From Octopus sinensis (taxonomy: Eukaryota): a DNA stretch of 64,000 nt. Location: NCBI RefSeq assembly GCF_006345805.1, contig NC_043026.1, forward strand, positions 7,998,001-8,062,000, written 5' to 3'. Position 1 is the first letter of the stretch; every line of letters starts with the position of its first letter. Positions 10,227 through 22,600 of this stretch are shown here, piece by piece. The notes under the pieces were generated by a model. The model searched no databases. It was given only the letters and a program-made list of their open reading frames with translations, and was not told the origin of the DNA. Position numbers and translations under genes: made by a program.

Positions 10227-13143
10227 CATAGTTGTGAATATATTTTGTAAATTTAAGCTTAATTAATCAGTATTGCTGTGATTATCTTTTCAGTTCCTAA
10301 CAAACATTACTATGTATTGTGACATACACATACTATAACACTTCATAGTATATAACATATAGTGAGATGTCGAATGAAACACAGAAGATGTTTGTGAAAT
10401 TATCACCAAAATATATTTCTGAGTGAATGGGTCAATGGCTTCTCTATGAATCAATGTGAGAGTTTGTGACTGAGTTATGTTACACCTAGAAATAAAAGAC
10501 CGTCCACTTGCTGTCAGAACACATTCTCGTCTCTCATCAGTTTGCCACCGCCAATGTTTATATCTTGTCCATATTCATATAGACTATATATTAGACATGA
10601 AGACATAAGGTAGACCACTAGACCCGACAACAGTCTTCCTGTTACACGTTCATATCTATGTGTATGCGTAGATATACGCATATATGAATACATCCCCACT
10701 ATTAGTACTATTTTGTTAAGCGCATCTAGTAAACAGTATGAACTGTGTCTAAGGCGGATACGCACAGTGTGTATCACTCCGCTGTACATTTACAGTTTGT
10801 GAACATGCCAAGTAAAGAAACGGGTAGAATCATAAAAATGCCTTCAGTGAGTTGTTTATATCTCCCAACATGACGAACCAAAAGAATACATAACACACTG
10901 GTTGTCATTAACAACAAGGTCCACATCAAATCTAATACTTTCTATACACAAAACTATATTACATCACATAATGTCGTATGGTGACTTGTATGTTTTAGGT
11001 TTGTTTGAATAGATTTTGCTTTTGATCACTGAGGTGGCTTTGCTTTCCTTTTTCCTCCTGAAATACTTCTGAACAGTTTTCGATACGATTCTGCCGTGTC
11101 TGCTGTGTTTAAACGATAGAAAGAAGACGGCAGGCGATAAAATATATACACCAGGAAAATGGAGACGTTAAGAAATAGGTGACGATATTAAGTAAAGAAT
11201 ATTGATTCACTGTTGTGTGAATTCTTAGAAAATGAGCATTTTTCGTTGCCTTTTGGAGCTGGCAAACCAGTCTGAGTTGGTCAGATATAGACTGCTGTTT
11301 CCAGACGTTCACTTGTGTCTTTTAGGTGAGTCCTAACCTCTGCCTCAAGGGACGAAGTCAAGAATTGCAGGGGAGCTGGTTCTGAAAGACTTGAATCGCC
11401 TCTCGCAAGTGGAATAGGAAATCTCTTAGGAGAGCTGTTTGTTGCTAGAGGCACAAAAACTGCAGTCGACAAGACTAGATTTAAATGCTGACTAAACTTT
11501 TTAAAATGTTTACTGGTTGCACATGTAAGAATTCAGGAGAGATGCAACGCATAAAAGGAAGGCATTTTCTGTTGTGCGTGTGTGTGTATTTATGTGTAAT
11601 GTTGTGTGTGTGTGTGTATCCGACAGTCAGACAGAGAGAGAGAGGCAGAAAGTGACGTTCCCGGATACACACACACACACACAACATCACACATAAATAC
11701 ACACACACGCACAAACATAAACAGGCGTGTATACACAGACACACAGACACACCGATACACACCCCAGACATCATTCGTCTTATGTGTATACATGTGTAAT
11801 ACTCCACCCTGTCTCTCCCCCTTTCTCTGTCTATAGACTTATGTAAATATTCATACACACTTACATATATAAATATTTACCTGCTTATGTACATACATAA
11901 ATACATACATATACACACATCCGTTAGTTTTCCTTTCTTTTTCACGTCCAAATTAATTATAATTCCTAATTAATGACTTAATTGTGACACATTTTAAGTC
12001 ATTTAACATTAATTAATTCATAAAAATACTGACAATGTCTCTTTGATTTTAAATAAATAATTTAGACTGAGATTTTAAACTCGGTTTTCCCGCTTTTTTT
12101 CCCCACGTTTTTGTCATTCAAATTGTCGCTGCTAGGCAACGGATAGAAACAATTGAACGGGAAGCGGCAGAAGTTATAGAGAGACTCCAGACTGGGCGGT
12201 TTGTGTGATACCAGACCCGAAATATCACCAGACACCCTTAAGCATGGGTGATCACAGATGGATTTTACCCGTCGTCTTTCCTACGAGGTATGCTTATGCG
12301 TGTGCAAGAAGGCTACGTATAATAATGTATAATTATATCTATATATATCTGAGTTTATATATGAATAAGCATGTATGTATAATATTCTGCTTTATATTCC
12401 TATATAAATGTATCGGCAATCCTATACAATAGAGTCGGAAATTATCCAATACCTCAAATATTCCAACATCTTTTGATATTTCTTTTTTAAACTTGTACAT
12501 ATACATAAACACACATACACATAATATATATATATACACACCTACATTTCTACAGTTATACTATATATACATCCTGTGGTATAACTACAGATGTATACCC
12601 CATCGACTTTGTTTCCTCATAACTTCCAGGAAAATGGATATTTTTAATGAAACTTCCACTTTCATTTTCTAAGAGAAAAGGATGCTCTCAAAAGAAATCC
12701 TCTTTTATAAAGCTCTTATTTAAATCCCTGTGGATAAATCCCAGCAAGAATCTTCTCAGGCTCTCCAATATTTTACAATTATATAAAGAGAAAGAATCGG
12801 GGGCCAGGAAGTGGGGCTAAAAATAATCATAGATTTTAAAAATATTCTTTTTATATTTTTATAACATAAATGTGTTTCTGAGGGAAAAATATTGAAAAAC
12901 ATCAAAAACATTGTATGAGGAAAAAAAGAAGACAAGGAAGGAGGTGTGCTAGAAACAACAGCCAAATCTCCCTTAAATCACACACTTTTTCCCTCGACCC
13001 CTTACAAAACATTTTGCCAACAAATTTCTTTTTAATCGTAATCTCCATCGTTTGAAAGTTATTTCTACCAAATTTCATTCAAAAATACCCATTTTTATAC
13101 AAAAATACCTTTATACACATGTATATACCTACATATACCTCCA

Positions 13144-14747
13144 TATGCAACCAGCAATGCTGCAACGCCACCTAAAGAATAAACGCAATTAGGCCTCTCC
13201 TTCTCGATGGTGTTACGTACCTACTTCTAAAGCGCGGTGGGTACTTTCTTCTAAGCCAACTTTCTATTATTCTTTCTTCCAATTCTGTCTTGACAATGGT
13301 GTTACTCCAGAAAGTGGAAACTGCCAGTGTCTCCCTCTGTTCAAAAAAGGCGACCGCACATCGCCTGTCACTATCGCCCCGTCAGTCTACCAGCTGCATC
13401 GCCAAACTGATGGAATCTGTATCAGAGAAACCCTCTGGAACTTCTGGAAGTCTCACAAGCCTCATCCAGCCGTCACAATTCGGATTTATTCCTAACTCCA
13501 ACTGCTGTAATCAACTCATCGAGTTTCTGAGACGTTACCCAAATCACTGATCGTGGATCCTGGGTGGATGTTGTTTACCTGGACTTTGCTAGGCTTAACT
13601 CTGTGCCACACAAAAGACTTATGGTGAAGCTTTTCTGCGTTGGGTGTAAGAGACGAACTCTATACTGTAAAGTCCTTTATTTTCGCGAAAAGAGGTTGTC
13701 ACAGTTCTAGGACAGCACTCTTCGCCCTCTGAGATGACACTGGTGTGCCGCAGGGATCTGTTCTTGGCCCCCTTTTATTTGTTGCATATGTTAATGACAT
13801 AGATGCCAACTTAAAGAATGCCACAGTGCTGAAATATGCAGATGACATCAAGCTGTACCTCGAAATAAAGAGGTCAAATCCTATACACTATGGATCTCTA
13901 TTACAAGCAGACCTGGACACAATGCAGCAGTGGATCATGGACTGGCAACTCAAGCTGGCTGTGGACAAATGTACCACCATGCATTTTGGGAGGAGAAACC
14001 CAGCGTCCACCTGCTCCCTCCACAACACTAGTCTCAAAAAGTCTTCATGTGAACGTGACCTGGGTGTTATTGTCGACAGTGATTTGCGTTGGACAAAACA
14101 CATCGCTAAAATTGTCAAGAAGGCTGAGGGTGTCTTGGCATCACTCACTAAATCCTTTGTGAGCTGCTCTCCGGCTATCTATCTGCGGCTTTATATAGCT
14201 ATGGTAAGACCTCACCTGGAGTTTGCATCGCCGGTCTGGAGCCCCTATCTTGCCCAGGACATCAATCGTCTGGAAGCTGTTCAGCGACGTGCAACCAAAA
14301 GAATACCCTCCATCAGGCATTTGCCATATCCTGAACGCCTTACCTCCCTGGGCATGGACACATTGAAACTCCGACGTCTGGCAGCTGACTTGGCAGACAC
14401 CCATAAAATTATCAACCATCGTACAAACAATAACTCTGAGCACCTCTTCAAACTCCACCCATCTAACACCCGTGGACATATTTACAAAGTAAGAAAACAG
14501 CACAGCTCCCATGACTTCAGGAAACATTTTTTCACGCTGAGAGTTGCTGAAGCGTGGAATAAACTGCCGACATCGGTGTTAGTTGTCGGAGCACTGCTTC
14601 CTTCAAGACTTCCATGCTTCCTGAGATTCGCCAACACTACACTTGATTTTCCCCCCTCCATACCCCAGACATTTCTACACTACTGCATGTACTTTATATG
14701 CACTTTCTGACAAGTTGTGGTGCACCTGAGCACTGTATACAATAATT

Positions 14748-14778
<31 letters not shown>
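13144..14778 (+). mobile_element. 5'-truncated CR1-like LINE (RT), young copy 1, (ATT)n tail
   Basis: ORF 13745-14710 contains PQGSVLGPLLF, YADD, ERDLGV and RPHLEF. It is near-identical to 44100-45810 and ends in (TTA)n at ~14746-14778. Confidence 0.95.
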
Positions 14779-15179
14779 ACACACATGTTTTGCTATGTTT
14801 TTTAAACACATAAAACTCATAGATGCATACTTTTATAATATTTTACACTTAAACCGCCGCAGGACAATATTTTCAGAGTTGCTTCTTAAAGTGTCCTTCA
14901 CTTTTTTTTAAGAAAAACGATACAAATTTCAGAGTATTTGGCTGTTATTTCTAACATGATGTTAGGCCATCTATTGGACAATATTTGACATGGATGCTTT
15001 GTAAGTTGTCCTTCGATTTTTATTTGTGATGAAACAAAAATGTGAAGGTTTTTGTGGCTCTTTCTAGCATGAAATGAGACCATATACAGATCAATTTTAT
15101 TTATGAATGCTTCTTATCTGTCCTTCAAATTTTATATGAAAAATAAAGTGGTTCTATTTCTAGCATGAAAAATGACAGC

Positions 15180-15367
15180 TATGATGATGATGATGACGAT
15201 GATGGAGGCGTCGGTGGTGATGATGATGACGATGACGATGATGATGGAGGCGGCGGTGGTGGTGGTCGTCGTCTGTCGTTGTTGTTGTTGGTCGTCTGCC
15301 TTTTAATGGAGAATCAATGATTATGAAAGTCTCTGGTTTCGGACCAGACATTCCTATAATACATGCA

Positions 15368-15420
<53 letters not shown>
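15180..15420. repeat. Compound (GAT/GGT/GTT)n repeats and (TA)n array
   Basis: Directly visible. Confidence 0.9.
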
Positions 15421-15422
<2 letters not shown>

Positions 15423-18082
15423 TAGATAATATCTTACCCCAAATAACCCCACTTCTTCCCTTAAGCCTGTGGATAAATACCGATGAGGTCCTTAAATGGT
15501 TTAATTCCCTAACTAATACGAATAATTTAGCCTTCATTCAATTCGATATAAAAACTACTACTCTAGCATTTCCCCTATCCTACTAAATAAATCGCTTATA
15601 TTCGCGATGAATCGCTCCCTCATATCTAGAGAAGAAATAGACATTATACTTTTAGCTAGGAAAGCATTATTGAATTTGAGGGAAAATTATGGACCAGAGC
15701 TGATACCCCTAACTTTTTCGATATTCCTATGGGCTCAAGTGATTCGGCTGAGGTAACCAATTTAGTAGGAGCATATCTACTGAAATGCATTAATAAAGAG
15801 ATCCCTGAATTGCAAGGTGGTCTATATAGAGATGATGCTTTGTTTGTTGTAAATACCAATAATAAATCACACATAGAAAGAATTAAAAAGAAGATTAATA
15901 GGTTCTTTAAAGATTTCAACCTTAGCATAACCTATGAACCAAACATTAAAATAGCTAATTTTCTAGATATTACTTTAGACCTTAACTCCAAACTACATTA
16001 TCCATTTAGAAAGGAAGGGGAAATCACTAGTTACGTAAATAAATTATCTAATCATCCCCCAAATATAATAAATTCCTTAGTTAGAAATATTTCCATAAGA
16101 ATATCCAAATTATCATCCAATTTTAATATATTTAACTCTCACTCAGGACATTACAATGAGGCGTTATCTAGAGCAGGATTTAACCAGAAAATTACTTTTG
16201 AAGATACGGAAAAACTAGGAACTCATCATAATATTTTAAGTAAATTAAACAGCAATAACCACATAAATAACAAAAATGATCAAGTCGAAAAGATACATAG
16301 ATGTGGATCTAATACAACATCTAATCGTAATGATAAGTATAAGGATAAATACATAGACCATAACACAGATAGCCCTGATAAGGCAACCTTAAATAAAATT
16401 AAAATTAAGAAACACACTATTAGTAACATAGACAACAACAATGACCATACCAGAAAGGTTAGTAGAAATAGATTTACAACGGCAAAGTACCCTAATGATA
16501 TTAAGAATATTAATAAAAACATAACAGAGAATACTTATAATAAGGGTAAAATAAACTTGGATAAAACTAGCAAACATGCTAACAGGAACATTAATAAATA
16601 CAAGGAATCTGATGATGGGACGATTAATTCTAATAACCCTAACTCTAGTGGGAAAAATTCTAGCAGCCCTAACTCTAATTCTAAGAAATTTAATAAGAAA
16701 GACATAATATGGCTAAACATCCCTTTTAACTGTGCGGTTTCATCAGATATTCAGGGTAGATTCAAAACAATTCTAGAAAATAATTTCCCATCCTCTCATA
16801 GATATCATAAAATATTTCTAAAAAAACAGTCAGAATTTCTTATTCAACTCTCCCAAATATGTCCACTTTAATAGCTAAGATCAATATTAATAACATAAAA
16901 CTAGCCAGAAATAATTTAATAAATAAAAATAAAAATACAACGGAAAATTGTAATAACAGTACGAAAAGTAATAATTGCAACAATAATAATAATAATAACA
17001 ATAATGAATGTCATAAAATAAATATAACCAAAAGCCATGGAATTGTTAATAACAATAATAACATAAATAGAAATGATTATGTTAGTAATAGGAATAATAC
17101 CATGAATGTAAGTACAGTGAATGAGAGTAACAACATTATCAGCAACAACACTACACATCTGGATAACAATATCGACAACAATACTAATAGCATCAACAAT
17201 ATCGGCAATAATAGTAGAGTTATAGAACCAAACGATAGTGTAGGAATACCGACAAATGATAATACTACTTTAGAAGATAACATCAACTGCAATAATGATA
17301 ACATTATTTTAGATAGCAGCACCAATAATAATAATAATAATGAAAGTAGGGCTTTAGAACCAAATGAAAATGTAGGAATACCTATAAATGATAATACTGT
17401 TTTAGATAATAATATTAACTACAATAATGATAGAGTTTTTTTAGATAATAACAATAATCAAAATCATGATAAATTTACCCGCTCTGCTTCGAGCAACAGT
17501 ATTATAAGACTTCTATCCTCAAGGTATTCCACCTCTAATTATAATGCCCCTAGATGTAACTGCAGAATTAAATCAAAATGCCCGGCCCCTGATTTATGCG
17601 GGTTAATTAACATAATCTATAAGTGCTCCGTTACCACAGATAATAATAAGTTCTCTTATGTTGGATGCACTGTAAATTTTAAACAGAGATTGAATAACCA
17701 TCTCTCATCTTTTAAATTACGTCATAAGGCTGATAGCACTACTCTTTCTAGTAAAATTTGGGAACTAAAAAACAATAACATCAAATATAACCTTAATTGG
17801 GAATTAGTCAGAAGAGCAAAACCCTATAAAAATAGCAGAGTAGGCTGCCAACTTTGCTCCATGGAAGCATTTGAAATACTAATGTATAAAAATAATGGAG
17901 AAATTCAATTAAACAGCAGAATTGAACTTGGAAATTCTTGTATACATGCTCGGTTAAGACTCTTAAATATTTTAAATGATATTTTAAATTATATCTCAAT
18001 TGATAACTGTATACTGGAATCATTTTACATAAAATTCATTTTGACTTACATATCACTCCTACATAGTATATTATATATTTAA
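15421..18082 (+). pseudogene. PLE reverse transcriptase - GIY-YIG endonuclease ORF, broken by about three frameshifts
   Basis: FIQFDIK, PMGSSDSAEV..GLYRDD, NFLDITLDL, SNHPP, IIWLNIPF; then CNCRIKSKCPAPDLC (CxCx5Cx5C), IIYKC..SYVGCT..FKQRLNNH, CQLCSME and SCIH. Frameshifts at ~15555, ~15662 and ~16820 fall in or next to A runs. Confidence 0.9.
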
Positions 18083-19277
18083 CTGGAAAGATAAGTTCTA
18101 ACTAGCTATGATTATAATTTTTTCTCTCTCTGATGGTACTATTTAATACTTATTGACTTAAATTATTTGATTTATTTCTATTGGACCATATTATTAATAA
18201 TTAAATTTTGCTCTATTTTTATCTCCATTTCTTAGTCTATTTTTTATCCCATTACAAATATTAGTTAGTTAATTCTCTTAATTTCTTTTTTTTTATTTAA
18301 AAAAAAAATTTTTTTTTAAATTAATTCTGCTAATACCAGACCTATCGTAGTGTATTGTGATGTGATATAATATATCAAAATAATATAATATAATATAGTG
18401 TAGTGTATTATAGTTTAGTATAATAATAATATAATTGTTTAATTTCATTTAAAAACATTATGTATGTATTATAGTTTAGTGTAATAATAATATAAAAGTT
18501 TAATTTCATTTAAAAACAACCCCATTTTTCTTTCCTTTCTAATGACCTCTTTGTAACCTGACAATCTATTAATAGTAACATTTATAAATAAAGAAATAAA
18601 TTGTTGACCTCAGTTCGAATTTGTTCCAAACAAACTTAGACTCTTTTGTTAGTATCAAATTGTGCCCATCCCCTTAGCTTCCCCTTTCCTTTCTCTTTGA
18701 CAGCTTAAATAGCAGTAACTGATTAAATTCCTACCCCCTTCCTCCTCTTTCTGTGATTCTTGAAAATTTCATTAACAACCTGAACCACTACAATATAAGA
18801 CTGCCATTTTTGCTTCTCATTCGGACTCCCTGATATTTTCGCATGATTGTACCCTAAATCTCTCCACAAAACTGGATTACGAACTATAAGGACATACACA
18901 AATTTTGTAAGTTCGAGACTTTTTCATCGGATCTCCAAAAAATCGAACTTATCTGCGATTCTTGTAAATTTCAATAACAATCTGTTCCTCTACACGATAT
19001 GACAGTCACTATGTTTTTACTCAGACTTTCCTCTACATGATGTGGCAGTCATTTTGCCTCTTACTCGGATTTTCAGAAATTTTGCATGACTGTACCCGAA
19101 AATTTCTTCATACAACTTGATCAAATATCCAATATGAGCTATATGTAGACATGCATAAATTCTATAGGTTTAAAACCTTTCATCGGATCTCCATGAATCG
19201 AACTTTCTTCAATGCAGTTAATCCTACAACCTCTTTTGTATCTACCCCTTTTGATGTTTGGGAATTCTCTGATGTTT

Positions 19278-19365
19278 TTTCGGCTGACGAGTACGAGCCA
19301 TCTGTATTCACTGCATTTTTTGTAGCTTATTAAAGATGTCCTCGTACGAAACGATCGTACCGAGA
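19278..19365 (+). ncRNA. Type I hammerhead ribozyme with palindromic stem III and extended stem II
   Basis: Stem I TTTCGG/CCGAGA, core CTGACGA (19284-19290), stem II GTACGAG/CTCGTAC, GAAA, stem III ACGATCGT, cleavage triplet GUA (cut after 19359). Confidence 0.88.
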
Positions 19366-19393
19366 TTTTAATCCATTCTTGTTGCTTTTTTTC

Positions 19394-19434
<41 letters not shown>

Positions 19435-19569
19435 AACATACATACTTATAGCCTTATGTCTATACATACATTCCTAAATATGTGTGTATATATATATAAA
19501 CACATTTATATATACTGTATATAAATATATACACACGCACAAAGAGAGAGTGTTGAAGAATGTTACAAC

Positions 19570-19631
19570 GATAAGTGTTAGTGTGTAGAATGCAATGTAT
19601 GCGATGCAGGTTCGATTCCCGGGCGAAGCCA
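19570..19631 (+). other. tRNA-like 3' fragment (B box plus terminal CCA), not a complete tRNA
   Basis: GGTTCGATTCCCGGGCGAAGCCA; no matching 5' acceptor strand or proper D arm. Confidence 0.35.
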
Positions 19632-19681
19632 TTTACAATAATAATAAGAAGAAGATTGAAGTTTAATATTTCTGGAAATAT

Positions 19682-22600
19682 TTATTTGTCAAAATAAAAG
19701 AAAGCAAAAGATTGACGTCCAGGAATAATTCCAAAAACCATAAAAGAATTTTCTGAAACATCCAAACCAAGAACTTCAAAGACTTCATTATCATCCTCAC
19801 TGAGGAGTAAATATTTTCGATTATCTTCAGATGTTTCCTCTTCAATATGTCGAGGTATTTCGTAAATATTGTTTCTTCTATCTGTTATATAAACACATTC
19901 ACCAATTATTGTCAGATGAGGTCTTGGAATATAATATTCCCGACCAAAAATTATTTCTTCTTTTATTCTTATCCTCCTCACCAAAGACTTTTCACTGAAC
20001 GATTCCACAAAACAAAAACTTCCTTCCATCCAGACACCTTCTCCTTCATCTCCCTCCCCAAAACAACAACATCACCAAAAGATGTGACTCCCACATCTAC
20101 CACCCCTTCCTCTCCCTCCAACCTTCCCGATCTCCCCATCTTCCCACGACACACTTCATCTTTACATTTCCCATCGCTGATATCAACCACATCCACATAA
20201 TAAGAGTCAAAGATGTCGGGGTCTTTGCAATAATAGTAATCCTTGTTGTTCTCCCATATTCTTCCGTATTTCTTGTCTCTCTCTTCTTGTGTTATGTCTC
20301 TAATATAATGACCACCACACACGAGTTGATTGTCGTTGTATTTATAAATCCTGTTGTAGTATTTCTCAGTTCTGATGGTTTTTAAACGACGGAGATCCCT
20401 GTTGAAGACCCTCATTTCTCTCCCAAAGGCGACAATGAAACATTCCTCTGTCCACCGACATATGTCCAGTGGTGGTCGTTGTTGTTGTTCATGTTGAAGT
20501 ATGTCCACTGTTGTTGTTGTTGTTCTGATTAATGTGACACTTTCTCGAAACATCAACACACTCACATTCTCATCTAACTTAATTAGTTTACTGTTCCGGT
20601 CCCTAATGTCCCTCAAATCATAATCAACAGGTTCCTCGAATGCAGGAATGGAAAAAGGGACCATTGCTGTCCTATATGGAAGTCTCCTCACTGATATTTC
20701 ATCAATTCCTGAATTATTAATCTCCGCTATGTAATTACCACATCTCACCTTTAATCTACCTTTACCAATTATTTCACCTGATTTACCTCTTCTTCTTCCT
20801 CCTCCATCTCCATCTCCTCTTCTGTATTTCAATTTATTAATTAATTCATTACTGAATATTTCCTTGTTCGTTTCAGATGTAATGGAAGGGAAACGAAGAC
20901 CAGAATCAAGATTTGATAACGACACAGAATCCAGAATGTTCACTTGGTCCCCATCAATCTTTATGCAATGACATTCAATCAATTCATTATGTACACACAA
21001 GTAAATATTTCCCACTTTTCTCCATATTACACCATAAGGGATGAGACTCGACCAAACTTGAGATGTCTGCAAATCTTCTCCATTCAGTTGAAATATTTCT
21101 TTCCTTTTAGGAACCGTGGCCATTATGTGTGATTCATGTGTAAAACACACACCACCAACTAAACTTGCAACTTTTCTGTGACGTAGCAACTGGCCGTCTT
21201 CATCGAATATTTTAACATTTCCATTATTGGCTTTTTCACACACAACTGTCTTTCCTTCCTCAGAGACATCAAAATCTTTTACTTGAACAGGACATTCGTC
21301 TGTTTGTAAACGAACAACCGGGAAGCTGTCTCGATTCACCATAAACAACCCTTCAACATACAATTCATTCCTCCATCCCCTCCTATGGCTTCCAACAAAC
21401 CTTGGTCCTTTACAGTCTATACTGGAGAAATCTAATTTATGTTTAAAAATTCTTTTGTTTAAAAATATTCTCTCGTATTCCCCATTCTGGGTCAAACACA
21501 AAATTTTTTTATATCCAGATAAACGAAAACATTTCTCCCACCGACCATAAATGTACAAAAAACTGTCATCAATTGTCATCCTGTCATCATCACCAAAATA
21601 CTTCATGTAGTGTCTGACTGAATGTAAATATTGACCACCACTGTTGAAGAAAATGATGAATTCTTGTTTAAGACAATGATGACATCTTCATCAGTAACTT
21701 TAATATCCTGGATTCTATCATAATACTTTCCATCTTCGTTTCTCTCTATTAATGGTTCAGGTATGTCTATTTTGTTTGTTTCCTTCACACTCGAACGTAT
21801 TTCATCAATTTCAACAAAATACAAATGTCTTACATCTCTCCATTCACTCAAAACCAGTTGATTATTTGATAAAGAAGCTATACAATCATAATTATTTCTC
21901 GTTTGGTAAATTAGCAACGACAATGGATATTCCACTTTTAATGTCAACAGTTGGTGTTTATTAGGATCTTTATAATCCCCATTCGTAATGACCAGTGTGT
22001 TTGACTGCCATCGACACATTTTAGTATTGTCATAAACATTCACTTTGATTAAATCCAATAGGTGACCATCCAGTGTGAATATCTTAATGTTTCCATTCTT
22101 CCTGTCACATCCTGCAATCAGATTATTTTCTGTAATAACCAAACGTTCAATCCACACTGGTTCTTTGTCTCCCAAATGTTTAGGGAGAGGAATATGTCTG
22201 GCTTTATCAGAAACTTTCAGGTCCTGTAGATATAAAGTGGAAGACAACATTTCGCTGAGAGAAATGTGTCTGGAAAATACATCCACCAGGTCGATATAAT
22301 AATTAAGATGATTATTAGTAACAAGATCATTAACCAACAAATTATGACCTCTATGACCACCACCACCTATTCTAGTGTTGTACTGAAAAGCTTTTCCCCT
22401 AGTAACAATCAATAGCTTTAGTGTTTCCTTGTCTATTGATAATGATTTCACAAACACAGGGATATTAATTGTCTTAATTACTTCGACTTGATTATAATAA
22501 TTAATAGTTAAAATGTCTAAATGTGATGGTTTATCACAATAACAAACAATTTCACGTTCACCCATCTTACACACCCGTACATAAGGCTGCCTTAATAATA

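Larger units (their letters stand above)
15421..19396 (+). mobile_element. Penelope-like element (C-terminal endonuclease type), 5'-truncated, flanked by (TA)n arrays
   Basis: An RT + GIY-YIG ORF starts immediately after (TA)n. A ~1.3-kb 3' region ends in a hammerhead ribozyme, followed by the next (TA)n at 19397. Confidence 0.85.

Noticed and set aside
16280-17325. Hydrophobic L/I/F-rich minus-strand ORFs resembling membrane proteins
   Set aside because: They are antisense shadows of the Asn-rich PLE linkers.
15421-18082. Possible selenoprotein or programmed frameshifting in the PLE
   Set aside because: There are no in-frame TGA codons at conserved Cys positions. The frameshifts lie in or near A runs and are better explained by error or decay.
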